DNA from: Catajapyx aquilonaris
Taxonomy: Eukaryota
DNA: 64,000 bases
Direction of reading: 5' to 3'
NCBI GenBank assembly: GCA_000934665.2
Contig: KZ538597.1
Span: forward strand, 1 to 64,000
Part shown: piece by piece, positions 51,201 through 63,142 of the stretch
Numbering within the stretch: the stretch's first letter is position 1
Layout: each line of letters opens with the position of its first letter
The notes under the pieces: model-generated
Databases searched by the model: none
Told to the model about the DNA's origin: nothing
The model's input: the letters and a program-made list of their open reading frames with translations, nothing else
Made by a program: the position numbers and the translations under genes

Positions 51201-54200
51201 TTGCTTTCATGGAACCGAGCAAGTGTGCAGTAATAGCGATCAGGAAAAAAAATATAGCATTTTTTTCTGATTTCATGAAACGAAAAATTCGATTGCAATT
51301 TTCTGCTGTTCAATGTATTTGATGGACATAAATTATTTCTTAACTCATTTTTTTTTGCAGTTTTTTGATAAGTAGGCTACCAAAATGTTTCATATCCTAT
51401 CAGAAGAGGCCTGAGTTATTCCAGGGGTCAATCTTAATTTATGTTTATTCTGTCAACTTGGCCAATTGCCGATAGTTCATATTTTGCTTGCATGATTGGA
51501 TGAAACAAAAATTAGATATCAATTTTCAGCCATTGAATGTATATGTTGGGCATGAATTTTTCTCAATTAATTTTTGCAATTTTTTTTGATCGGTACCACA
51601 TGTTTCCTATCCTATCAGAAGCCGTCTGAATTATTCCTGGGGTCGAATCTTAAATGATTATTTTTTATTTGTCCACAGAATTTCATCTGGAGCGCAAATT
51701 GTCTATACTTTGAGTGCTTAATTTTTTAATTACTATACTGTAGGTTTAGCCGTGTTAAAAAACAGCAAATGGCTAACTTTGGAGTGCAAATTGCGCCTTT
51801 ACATCCTAATATTTCGACCCCTGTTATTCTCTAATTTTCTGAATGTTTTTAATAAATTGCTAACTTGCTTATTTCACTGCTTGGCTTCTGTGAGGACCGG
51901 CTGATTTTTGGCTGAACATACGGGATGCATTTCAAGCGCACTTTAGTCACCCTTCCTCTTTTCTTTAAAAAAAAAAAAAGTGACGTCACCGTCCCCTTGT
52001 TCATTACAATGCTCCCCTTTCAAGTATTGATCAGATGCGAGGGGAAAATTCCCCCTCCCTAAACAGTGATTTGTTTTTTTCTGGTCTCTCTCCCCTCCCA
52101 CCCCACTCCGCACCCTCCCAAAAAATTTCCACCAAGGGCGTCGTGACGCTGGATCAATGGCGTCGGCGGCGTCCCGGCGAGCTATTCTTGGATTTTCCAT
52201 CCCCACTCTCCACCACCCCCCAACCAGCCCCAATCTGTTCCTCGAAACTTCCTGATGAGCAGTAAAACCGGAAGTTTCCGAGAGAGCAGGTGACATCCGG
52301 CAACACCGCCTAATCGCCAGTTCCCCCCTTTTGTCGGCGGGTCAGCCCCGATTTGACCTTGACATTCGCGCATCCAATGCATGCCATGGGAGGACCTTTT
52401 CTTCCTTTTGTAAAGGTAAAAAAAAAAAAAAATAGGGTTCGTTCACCAGAAATCACGTGAATCCGGTCTGAATCATTCACACTTCCGGTCAACCTAATGG
52501 CGAATTCCAGAGATAATCCAGAGGGACTTGCGGAATCTCTTACACGTAATCATACGTTTGGGGGGTAAATAAATTCTCAGTGAACTCTCGTACATTGAAA
52601 GATGAGTATGTGCTGGATACAAGCTTGATTTACTGATAAACTCTCCAGTAAAACTGTGAAATATTTTGTCCAGGATGAATCTGGAGGAAAATCACATTCC
52701 TGTTGATCCGATCTGCCGAATCATTGCAGGGGGAGTCGTCGTACACTCTTTTCGTGCGAATCTGGCCAACACAGAGCATGCGCACAAAAACACTACGAAG
52801 ATAGATTCGCAACAATGCGAGGAAGAGAGGAAGCCACCACCACCAAACCAACAATACCATAGAACCAGGGTTAGAAATAAAAAGGGATTTGTTTTTCCCA
52901 CAACCAATTTTCCAAATGTAAATTAAAATAATTTCCCCAAAAAAATAATTTGGCGAATTTGTTTCGTACCCCAGACTCGGCTGTTCCGGGGGATGATTCC
53001 GGGCGGAAGTGGGGCCGGAAACTGCCTCGGGGGCGTGGCGGTAGCAAGCAGGGACGAAGAGCACCGCCCTCTTTCATCCCCCTCACCCTCTCCCTCGCCG
53101 CTGCTTCCTTTAAAAACAACAACAAACAAAAACAAAACAATACGCAAATCAATCCGCTCCCAATAATGCACCAACCAAAAAAAAAAAAGTGTTTCAAAAA
53201 CATAACACAACTAAATAAGTAAAATCCCGTCCCAATCGGTACGACTCCAAACCGTTTGTTAATTGATGTAATATTTTTATCAAGTGTACTTTCTCCTTCA
53301 TACAAGGAATGGAGGTCAGTACGCCGGAGACCCATCGTTGCACGGCTTGTAACAAAAACAAAAAAAGAAGAAGAAGGACAAAAAAAAAACCCCGTTTCCT
53401 CTTGTTTGTTCCCGAGCGGCGCATGCTCCGGCCAATCATGGGAGTCGATCCAGTTCAAGTTCAAGATTCTACCCCCCCTGTACTAGTGGCGCCCCCCTTT
53501 TAGCTTCTTTTTTTTTTGTTTTAAATCCTAGATAACAGGCAAGCGGAAAAAGCCCGCGCAAGGGCTCACGTCACTCGAAAGCTTCTTACTAAAACGGATG
53601 AAGGAGAATGGGGGGGTGGAAGTTGAGGGGTGTTACGGATAATAATAAAAAAAAGGGCAGGTCAGTCATCAACTTCCGGTTTCCGATTCTAAGCAAAAAT
53701 CTGAGTTGCGCCAAGGCGAGTAAGCGTCGCCAAGAAATCCTCCCGGTCCGCGCCGGGGACAAAGGAATTGAAACAAACAATGCTTTAAAAATTCCTTAGA
53801 TATCGCCTCGAAACCGAGACGGATTTGTATAAGGAAAAAATGCGAGACCGGGGGCTTATGACCATGTTTGAGCCTGAAAATTTGGCACATTCTGCAATGT
53901 TCATGTCAGGACCGATTGTGCGATGGGTTGTATCATATAACAACATCTGATTACGTATGTTACAAATAATAGAAAACAATGCTTCCGACACTGGCATTTT
54001 GCAACAGCTGGACACGTGTGTACCAGAGCCCATTTGAATGTAAAATCACGGTTCAATGTGCAACGATTTGCAATTGATCTAGGCTGGTGATTCGAACTTC
54101 GATTCTTAGCGAATTTTTGGACACCGGCTAGTTTTTTACTAACAAAGCACACGAACCGGTGCATCGTTGTGTGCACCGAGTTTACCGGCTCTGGAGGCCA

Positions 54201-54612
54201 AAAAGGAGGGCGATGAAGTAACGGAGACAAAGAGTGAAAGGAGGGCTTGGCGTGAAAGGAGAAAAACGGCCATTACTTAATACCCCCGGCCTTACATCAG
54301 CAAAACCAGCCCTCCCCTCTCCCCCGGCCCACCCTTCCCCAAAAAAATATCCTTTCATAACTTCAACCGCCCCCCCCCCCTTTAAAAAAAAATGTTTTGA
54401 GACTTGTATTTTCCAGAGGCACGTGGGTATCTATGAAACTCACGGTATCGCTTCATCAGCTTCTTCTTGTACGCGTTTGGATTGCACCCGACCAGATCCA
54501 GCGGTTGTCCTGCCGCGTCCGAGTCGTCCGAGTCATCGCTCTGTCCCCGGTACCTCCTAGGGTGCCTGGCACCCCTCAGGCTCAGGTCCAACGGAGAGTC
54601 CGTGTCCATCAT
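39143..54612 (-). CDS. Eip74EF: Ecdysone-induced ETS transcription factor E74 (E74B-like isoform), ~460 aa
   Basis: Exons 54612-54444, 47453-47238, 47158-47051, 46132-46007, 39986-39332, 39251-39143 (1383 nt, all GT-AG, in frame). Contains [21 protein letters not shown] and the ETS domain [102 protein letters not shown]. The isoform label is an inference. Confidence 0.93.
39332..39986 (-). CDS. Eip74EF: E74 coding exon 5 (Ser/His/Pro-rich region and most of the ETS domain)
   Basis: TTTCAG acceptor; ETS domain up to MGRALR; AG|GTTGGT donor (phase 2). Confidence 0.95.
42040..42480 (+). mobile_element. Three tandem Helitron-like 5' fragments
   Basis: Each unit starts TCTCT(A)(C/A)TAGTATAAAAG, has TGTTTGTCCAG microrepeats and ends AATACCGGAAA..ATGACG(C/T)CATCAA. 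Confidence 0.5.
43552..43645. mobile_element. PIF/Harbinger (Tourist-like) MITE
   Basis: TTA|GGGCCGGTTTCAC ... GTGAAACCGGCCC|TTA (3-bp TTA duplication, 13-bp TIR). Confidence 0.8.
46007..46132 (-). CDS. Eip74EF: E74 coding exon 4 (Pro-rich, 126 nt, symmetric phase 1/1)
   Basis: TTTGCCGTTTCTCCAG acceptor; [49 protein letters not shown] donor; no stop codon. Confidence 0.75.
46321..46470. mobile_element. Family B-related MITE
   Basis: ATAGATTGGTCACTATAAGAAC ... GTTCTTATAGTGGCCGATCTAT; internal CGCACTCGGTTGCG shared with family B. Confidence 0.7.
46497..47012. repeat. Self-complementary minisatellite (54-60 bp units, 171-bp higher-order repeat)
   Basis: Units of GTTGCTATTAGCATCTACTACTTAGTAGACACTAATAGCAGC..CTAGTAGTAC(TAC)TAG; 46681-46851 is repeated from 46852. 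Confidence 0.9.
47051..47158 (-). CDS. Eip74EF: E74 coding exon 3 ([15 protein letters not shown] motif)
   Basis: CAG acceptor; [43 protein letters not shown] donor. Not present in the ORF track. Confidence 0.9.
47238..47453 (-). CDS. Eip74EF: E74 coding exon 2
   Basis: TAG acceptor; [17 protein letters not shown]...[11 protein letters not shown]...TSTSST; G|GTACAT donor. Confidence 0.8.
51270..51660. repeat. Diverged tandem duplication (~225-bp period)
   Basis: TGAAAC.AAAAATT.GAT..CAATTTTC...TATCCTATCAGAAG...CTGA.TTATTCC.GGGGTC.AATCTTAA occurs twice. Confidence 0.6.
54444..54612 (-). CDS. Eip74EF: E74 first coding exon (isoform-specific N-terminus with PLDLS motifs)
   Basis: [14 protein letters not shown]...SDDSDDSD...QPLDLVG...[10 protein letters not shown], then C|GTGAGT donor (phase 1) matching the phase-1 acceptor at 47453. 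Confidence 0.75.
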
Positions 54613-54762
54613 GTTCTTTTCTTTTTTTTTGAGTTATAGGGTTCTGACCACTTCAAACGGGAGGGGTCACTGTGTCACCATCACACGAGATGCGATGTTT
54701 TGGGTAAACACTGTACGGGAGCGAGGGTACCACCGACCCGCACAGTTCAGGCTCAGATCGCA

Positions 54763-54776
54763 CACTGACTGACTGA
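54763..54776 (-). promoter_or_regulatory. Candidate initiator (TCAGTC/TCAGTG) for the E74B-like transcript
   Basis: Minus strand reads TCTCTCAGTCAGTCAGTGTG ~160 nt upstream of the ATG, matching the arthropod Inr TCAKTY. No TATA box at -30. Confidence 0.35.
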
Positions 54777-57700
54777 GAGAGGGAACCCGCTCAAGCCCCG
54801 CCTTCCCCCCCCCCTCACCCCACAACCATTCCCGATTCCCTCCCTCAGAACTTCCTCCCCCCTCTTCAGAAAATGCCCCACTGACTCACTCCCCCCTTCC
54901 TCCGGCCCCCTGGCTTGCTCCTGGTTGCTCACAGGAAGAACCGAACCCCTCCCGACGCGGATCCCGGAACGACAAACCCGTGACGTCATTCGCAACAGGG
55001 ATAATTTTCGCGAGTCGTCAATAGCATGTCGAGCGAGCTATATATATAAAAAAAATTGGCGGTATTTTCCAGGAGCTGTCGCGGTGTTTGTATATATTTT
55101 TTGCGTGCAAAATAGGGAAGTAGCGACCGTTTTTATGGGCGTATTTTATTGCGAACAATGCCGTTTTTGCACAGCCTGCCAATTCACGCACAAATCGCAA
55201 ATTTCATACGAAACTACTACAGTTGACTCCGGACTATCGAAACACCTATAGCCTTCTGAGCTGATGTGAAATAATCATGAACAGTGTAATACATGAAGAA
55301 AAATTCACGTGACCTACAAATCTCCTACAAATCACGTAACGTGTAAAAGGAATTAACCTTAAAGTACAATCGCAGAGTTCAAGTACAAACCTTATGTATA
55401 TCATGGGAAAAAACCGCGAATCACGTGTAAATGGTACAAAAAGGCGTTGTTTTTTAAAAGCATTTATGCAAGACACATTCTACGAAGACGTACAGGTCGT
55501 AAATTTTAGCATGAATGAAGAGAAAATATTGCAAAAAAATAAAGTTACCTACGAAGTTCCGGTTGTTTTATGGTGCTTTGGGTACATCCGAACCGGATCA
55601 ACCTGTACATATTTATTATTTGTGCCTCTCACTTATATGCATAAAGTCCGGCTGACAACATCGGAAGTGGCCAGTGTGTAAACAAGTTATTCGCAAACGT
55701 GTGCGTATTCCACGTGAATTGAGATAAAGGTTTTTGCGCCGTCTCCGCCCCCCAACCCGCGCAACCCCTCAACGTGACTCTCTCGAAACGATGCGAGAGA
55801 TGCGACGCTGAATTCTTCCGGACACGTACACATAGTCCTTGTCCTCCATACGCGACAACAACAATGGACATTGCTCAACAACCCAACCCAGCAAGCCACG
55901 CACCTGATGCAGCAGGCAGCCTCCCAAAAGTTTTCGCAAAACTTGACAGAAAAAAATTAACAAATAAACACTATAATTTCTGTGGTCTGCTCGAATAATA
56001 TGGCAACGTTGCTAAAATTAGTCTCAATTTTAACTGTCAGCAATGGGTGATATATTTAGCATGATATTTCGCCGCCGGTGATGACGGTAAAATTAGACCG
56101 GAATTTAAAGGTGAGCTAAATGCTCTGCTTTGTCGGCAATGCTAAGCCGATTGTCGTTCGTCTTTGGCTTGGGTGGCCCTACCAGTAGACGAAGCTACCG
56201 CCGGCATAGCTCTTGGGGTCACGGGAGAAACGCAAACCCCACCACCACGATAAGGTGGAGATACTATCGGGCAAAAGACCAATTCAGGTTCACACGGTCT
56301 GATCATTGTCTGATCGACCAATCAGCACTGACTGGACAATGTCGTTGCGCAGTGCTTATTGGTGACAAAGACCGCACGTGTGAACCTCAGCTAACAAAAG
56401 ACAAAGACTGATCCCAATGTACTACGTCACAGACCGTCACATTTAAAATACAGGCTGACTAATGGACAAAAATGGCCGATAAGCAGCCAGGAAGCAAATG
56501 AATCAACTCTTCCGCAAGTTATGTGCTGTTGGTTTCAGTCGGCGTCGTCGCCGCGTCAATGCGTCGCGTGACAACCGTCGTGTACATCTCTCTGCGACGA
56601 CGGAACCAAACAGGGAGGTAAATCAAACCTGTTTGTGTAAACAGGCGCAGTCTATGTGGTCAAAATAGACTTACGTAAAAGTCCTTGGCCTCTTAGCCAA
56701 GAAGCCGCCCTCCTCAGTCTCTCTTCCTCCATCCCGCCCCCTCCGCCCCCTACCTATTTGGACGGATTTTTGGAGGTGGGCCAATGTTAGCAGACGGGGC
56801 GACGCCGGGTGCCCCCCCTCCGAAAAAAACAAACCACATTTCTCTTCCGGGTCCATCTTTAAGCATCCGGATTCCAGCCTACTGCGCATTGCTTACTGGC
56901 AAAATCTCCAAGTGACCCTGGCCAAATTTTTTGGCAAAATAAGAGGCGGGGCAAGCAACCAGGAAAAGCACGGACCCCTGGTTATTCCTCCAAAAAAAAT
57001 AGAGCCAGCTTCCTGCTTGCAAAAAACTTTTTGTCTCCAATAGTACATCGGAGAAGCGACAAGTAGGACACTTTTTTTTTGCAAAAAAAAAGTTTCTGCA
57101 AAAATGTGTCCCACAGTTCGATGAAAGACTGGGGAGAGAGAGAGAAAAAAAAGGACACGTCCCATGGTGGTTGCCAAAAAATACATCCCCGAGTTATTGC
57201 AAAACTTATCGCTTCCAAAGCTACATTCGGCAAGGTCTCGCAGCAGAGAGAGAAAATTCTTCCTCGGGGTTTGTTTGACGCCACAAAGTCTCGCAAAATA
57301 TTTTTCTTTTTGTGGGTTGCATCTGATTTTAGTACGATTCCAAGGATTCGTATTCAAGGAGAATCCTGTCTATAGATCCTTCCAAAAAATTTTGACACTG
57401 GTTCATAAATTTTGCCAAAATGTATACGGGAAATTTCGATTTCATATATGCCACCCCTCAATTTTAACATTAATTACGGAAATTACAGCTATAGATTTGG
57501 ACCTGAATCGAGAAATTAATTCTAATTTTTGGATACAATTTTCTGAAATTTCTGATTGCATATTGGCAATACATAATCAGAAATCTTCTATAATTTTAAA
57601 CGATACAGCCGGCCCGTCAGGAGATTTCGCAAATTCTACTTGTTGTTTGCCAAGACTTAATCCCGGATTTCGCACCATCCCAAAATGGGTTGTCCTCGAA

Positions 57701-60254
57701 GTTCGCATTTTTTTTTCGCAACACCAGGTCGCCCGAGAGTGAGATGGCCAAAAAATCCAAGTGAACGGAGGCCCTGTGCGAAAATATTTCCAACTAACTG
57801 TTGACATCCGCAAACCAACAGCGCCACGGACGGTCTATTTTTTCGCGAGGCTTGTTTTTGTTTGTTTCGCACGCACCCGATGTTTCGTCACGTGACAAGC
57901 GGCGAGGCAGGCATTCCGCGCGTGCCAAACGACCTGCTTTGTCTCAATTTTTGCGCCACGTTTTGCAAGTACTCTTTTGCAAAGGAAAAAAAAACCGTAC
58001 CAGACGCATCAACAGTGGACATTGTGCTCTCTGACCTTTGTTCTGCGCATGATGACTGTGCACAAAATTTCCCGACAAAATTAAGTGACGTAACCAAAAA
58101 ACTACCGGTGTCCACGTGATTGGCCCAGATCCAAAATAAGTGTGTTTCCCAAGAAGATTGGCTCTTCCTTTTCGCCATTTTTTTTTGCACCTCTTCTATC
58201 TCTCTCGGTCCGGTGACGTCACTCATCTTGGCCCCAACCTTTTCCAGATTTCTGCCCGTTTTCCAAAAATAGATTTAGCGGAAATGGCTTCAGGGCATGC
58301 TTCCGCCTTTTAGCCCTGGATAGAGTGGGTGGTATAGGAGGAGAGGGGGGATCAAACACGCCGTTGCCAACTATTGCAAACCGCAAAAAAATCTGCGCGC
58401 AATAACAACACGGAAAACACTGTCGCAGTCTTCTTGTGACGTCACGTTTCAAACGCGCGGGGAAATTCAAATATGCCATGCGCGGGACGTACTGCGCATG
58501 CGAACTGACTGCGCATGCGTCAAGTACAGTTATGACCGAAAAATACTGAACTCTTCCAATTTCATCCAAGAAGAAAATTAATATAATTGCCATCGGGTCA
58601 GAGAACATAAGCTGCTGTATTCTTGGACATATAGTGGCTGCTGATTGGCTTATTTGGCTCATGTGACTATCAGTGTTGCCAATATGACCATTTGCCTTCA
58701 AGCTACATACACTGTAAAGAACATCTGCCACAATGCGGAAACAAATTCGCAAATAATTAACATTGCACAAACAATCACAGGATGCTCCTGAGAATCGGTC
58801 CCATTAGGCCTGCCGATTACATGAGCATTTCGCGAATACGAAAAAAAAATTTACCCGGAGATCGATGACTCCGGAGGGGTAATTTGGCAACACTGTTTAT
58901 TGAGCGAGGGGAGCGTGACGTCACAAAGACGCAAACTGGGTTCTTGCTGACGTCAACGAGTTTTCCGTGTCAATGTCTCGAGCCTATTTGCGGAACTGCC
59001 GAAAATTTTTCCCCGGTTTTCGCAAAATTGCTCGAGCGCTGCCGCTCGCCCAGGTTTTATAATGCAATCACTTCCCCACACATTAAGGCGGCGAGTACCA
59101 AATTATGCCATTTTTTCATGCAATTTTTTTTTTAAAAAGTCGCGATTTTTTTACAACGACATATGTCACCAAATTGACGTCACATACCGCCTGGGACGCT
59201 GATTGGCCGCTTCCATTCTTCACGTGGAAGACCAAAAAGCAGGCTCTGCAACCACTCACCTGGAAAAAAAATACAAATTCGCAAATTAGAAGAATTCGCA
59301 CACATAATATTGCACAGCTGTCAAATTTACATTAGCAAACCTCCCCAAAAATTGAACCCGAGAGAAAAAAGTGGACGTTTAAAAATCGCTGGACATATCG
59401 ATATGGAAATTCATGTTTGCCATTTAAAAACACGAATGTAACAAACAACATGCATGTGACGCACTATACGCTTCAAAAAATGGAAGCAGCTGCCATATAA
59501 TCAGCGCAATTTGCATAATAATTACAGCCAACAATGTGCAAACTCACTATTTTTGCAACCAACTTAAGCACCATTCGCTAGATGATTTCACACTGATGAA
59601 CATGCTGATTTTCATGAATTTAGCAATGAAGCACAGCAAAATTGGTATAAAATGACTTGTGTAAAACATTCTCTGTAAGATTGCAAAAGGAACCAAGGGT
59701 GCAAAACATCGTAGATTCAAAACGTCGAGTGCATGAGTTTTATGCGGTTTTATGCAACATAAGCGAAAAAAAGGACATGTTACATAATTTTTAAAACATC
59801 AGCAACGAAAAGTAAGCCAATAAACTGATACATTGCACGTGTATCACAATACCAAAACACTTGATATAAAAAAATCAACTGTTGCATAACGATCAGAAAA
59901 CCAGAGCATAAACAAACCAACCGGTAAGACACGCGAAAAACCTGATATAAAAAATGTGTATCATATATCAATTTTTTATCCTCTTTTTCCAAGTGTTGAC
60001 CCATCGAAAAATTCACTTTCGTTTGAGCCGGTTTTCTATCAAATTTTTTCTTCTTCTTCTTTTGGCCACCTCCAAAAACCTTCCAGCAACCCCCCCTCCA
60101 AAATCTCCGACTCTTTGTCTGCTTAAATTTTGGCAAAGAGAGCAAGGTCGCCCGGTCTAGAAAAGAAAACTCGCGTACTCAGCAAACACGCATGCGCATT
60201 GCATAACTACCGCTGACATACTTCTGAAACTTACTGCCCCCCCCCCCCTTGCCC

Positions 60255-60273
60255 NNNNNNNNNNNNNNNNNNN
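60255..60273. other. Assembly gap (19 N) within a C-rich tract
   Basis: Run of N; single Ns also at 2594, 16622, 45439 and 48440, mostly in or near homopolymer tracts. Confidence 0.95.
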
Positions 60274-61208
60274 CCCCCTCCACCTAACCCAACAAACAAA
60301 AAATTGCATAACCCAATAAGCTACACACACTTGACACGACGTCACGGAATTAATCGTGATTAAAGGCCAGGTAATGACTGGAGCTGAGAAGTAGGCCACC
60401 GCATTACCTTTTTTTCCGGTTTCCGGAGGGTGAGTCCTCCCTTCCCTCCCCTTCCCTCCTTCCCCCCTTCTCTCTAGGTAAGCTTTATTATTATTCGGAA
60501 AGGGAAAGTGAGGCTTCCCCGTGAGACCTTGGCCAACTAAGTAAGTGGGACGCAGGACTCACTACCTGCATCCTGGGGACCTGCCTAAGCCAAACAAAAA
60601 CCGCCTAACTCCAACGCCCACTACGGAATCGAAAAAACCCGGGCAAAGCTACACGCAACACACATTATGAGTGTGTGTGGATATAACTCAGATCGACCTC
60701 AATTTTTTGGGGGAGGCCAAAATGTGGAGCAGGGTTTCTGAAGGGTATGCAAAACGTTATGCGTGCATATGCCCAATTATATCGAACCTTCATTATGCAG
60801 AAAATGTACTGGACAAGTTGCGAATATTATCAAGACCAGGTTTTGTAATGACTATAGAGAGAGAGCATCGTGGGCGAAACCAGGGCGCGAAAATTGATTA
60901 TTGGATGTGTTACTATATACATTTCGTAACAATTACATTCGGACCCCTCCCACGGATCCTTTAAAAAAAAAAAAAAAGCCAATACAGAAAATTAAAAAGG
61001 GGTCGTCATAATTATTGACGTGTGCCAGGTGCCCTCTTTCCACAGCAAGTCGGCTGAAAATTTTTGCGATGAATCTGCAAACAGGTTGAGGAGCCAGCAT
61101 GACCGACTCAAAACGAAAATGAAAGTGGTTATCCATCTTGTTCAGTACACTTTGTACTCCCTTCCATCAGGATTTCTACAACAACAAAAAGTGACCAGAA
61201 ATATTATT

Positions 61209-61599
61209 ATCTCTCTAATATAAAGCACAAAGCTTGTCTGTATGTTCGGGCTACCTACCCACTTCCGGACTACTGAGTGTGCTGAAATTCCAACGAAACA
61301 TCGGTATTTTTCGATATATCTATACGATATTTATCAGAATGTCTCTTTCTGCACATTTACCTCATCTCTATATAAAACAGAAAGTTTGTATATTCGGGCT
61401 ACCTAGCCCTCTTCCGGACTACTGAGTGTGCTGAAACTAGTCTCTATATCTCTGTATATAAAACAGAAAGTTTGTATATTCCGGCTACCTAATCCTCTTC
61501 CGGACTATTGAGAGTACTGAAACTTCTCACACACATGTCTTACGCTGTCCTATAAACTTCTTTCACTTATCAATTCCCGTGCGAAGAACCCCAGCTAGT
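61209..61599 (+). mobile_element. Non-autonomous Helitron-like element with triplicated 5' part
   Basis: A|TCTCT..ATATAAA..C.AAAG.TTGT...GGCTACCTA..C.CTTCCGGACTA.TGAG.GT.CTGAAA x3; 3' end CCCGTGCGAAG...CAGCTAG|T; a further copy at ~62545-62655. Confidence 0.6.
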
Positions 61600-62697
61600 T
61601 ATTCAATACATTGATGCAACTGTTGGCTTACCAGCTGGTTAAGAATTCGGATGATAATGTCAACCTTCCCTATAGTAACCATCCGATCCACAAACTGGAT
61701 TAAAGATCACCGCCTTTTTAATCACACCATTTTTCCCCCCGCCCTGGAGGAAAAACCAATTACAGGAAGCAATCACCTTCCCACAGCCAAGATTCAATTG
61801 TCGTCGCCAGGTAACAAGAGACGTCACACTCATAAAGTTCCTTCCGCGCATATTTTGGGGGTGTCCAAGCTTGGAAATAGAGGGACGCTGACCACTTGTA
61901 TTTTTTTTCTCTCTCTCTCTCTCTAGCTGTCTTCTATTTCGAGGTTGGGTGGAGTTAGGTGTGAGTTTAGTAGGGATGGTGGTGGGGTGGTTACAAAAAA
62001 ATGTGGTGAGGAAAGAGCGGAAGGCGATCCGCTCTCTCAGCCAGGAGACCTTGTCCCCGAAACACCCAAACTGGTTGCCTACCTGCGGGCCTCTTTTTTT
62101 TCCTCTCCACCTCCCACCCTCCCACCCCCCCTAGTTCCAACCAACACTATAGTCGACCCCATTACCCAAAACTATTCTCATTTCCCTCTCCTCTCAGGTC
62201 TCTCTTCACTCTTCCTTTCACTAAAGGTTGTTGCATAAGTGGTGCGCGCTCTTGCTCTCGAGGAGTGAATCGTTTCACTTTTTATTCTTCTTCTTCTTCT
62301 TTAAACTCTTTGTTTCTTTTTTTTTATTGCAGCAGCAGCAGCAGCAGCCACGCACGGTTCGTCTGGCAACCCAACATGGCAACACTGTCTGAATTCCAAT
62401 ACGGAACCACAAATTTTAAGCTACGGGGAAATCCGTGTGATTCAAACGCCCAAACAGGATTCAAGAAATGTTGCGGTGATAAATAATATCTGATCCCAGA
62501 TATTTAAGCTATAGCTGTCTCTGCACAAAATAATAATTTGTATAATATAAATCAGAAAGTTTGTGTGCATGTCCGAGCTACCTAATTAACCCAACTTCCG
62601 CACTATTGGGAGGCTGAAAGTTCGTACACCGATGTCTTATAAACTTCTTTCATTTTTCCATCCCCTGGGTGGTAAATTTTTTAAAAATTGGACGATA

Positions 62698-62924
62698 TGG
62701 ACGGTGTTATGCAATAATGAGTCAACCCACAGTTTTGAGGAAAAGGTATTTGAAGGTCATACCTGTGAAATTAATTCAGTATGTTCTTTTCGGTCATTTA
62801 TGACATAAGTATTCAGATTTCACCAGCGTGATTTTAACTGAATGAGGTAGCTGGATCTTTTAGGCATATGTTCCTTTTATATGCCATTTTTGTGGGTTGA
62901 CACATTATTGCGTAACACCGTCCA
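62698..62924. mobile_element. MITE with ~33-bp TIRs
   Basis: TGGACGGTGTTATGCAATAATGAGTCAACCCACA ... TGTGGGTTGACACATTATTGCGTAACACCGTCCA. Confidence 0.8.
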
Positions 62925-62993
62925 TGTAGGGCTTGCAACGAACCGGAACGTGCCGGAATGATTCGGGCACGATCTGATATAGTCGGCCCAGCT

Positions 62994-63142
62994 TAACTTG
63001 CCATTGACGTCATCGTTTTGTTTACAAAGTCCTATAGTCAGAGGAAATCTTCCGAATGCACCTCACTGTTCCAGGGGTGCGTTCGGAAGATTTCCGCTGA
63101 CTAGGAATTGGTAAACAAAACGATGACGTCAATGGCAAGTTA
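62994..63142. repeat. Fold-back inverted repeat (~70-bp arms)
   Basis: TAACTTGCCATTGACGTCATCGTTTTGTTTAC...GGAAATCTTCCGAATGCACC / GGTGCGTTCGGAAGATTTCC...GTAAACAAAACGATGACGTCAATGGCAAGTTA. Confidence 0.85.

Noticed and set aside
52871..53464. 197-aa ORF with hydrophobic stretches
   Set aside because: The hydrophobicity comes from poly-T tracts; no recognisable homology.
57164..57742. 192-aa + strand ORF
   Set aside because: Non-ATG start, AT-rich, no motif recognised.
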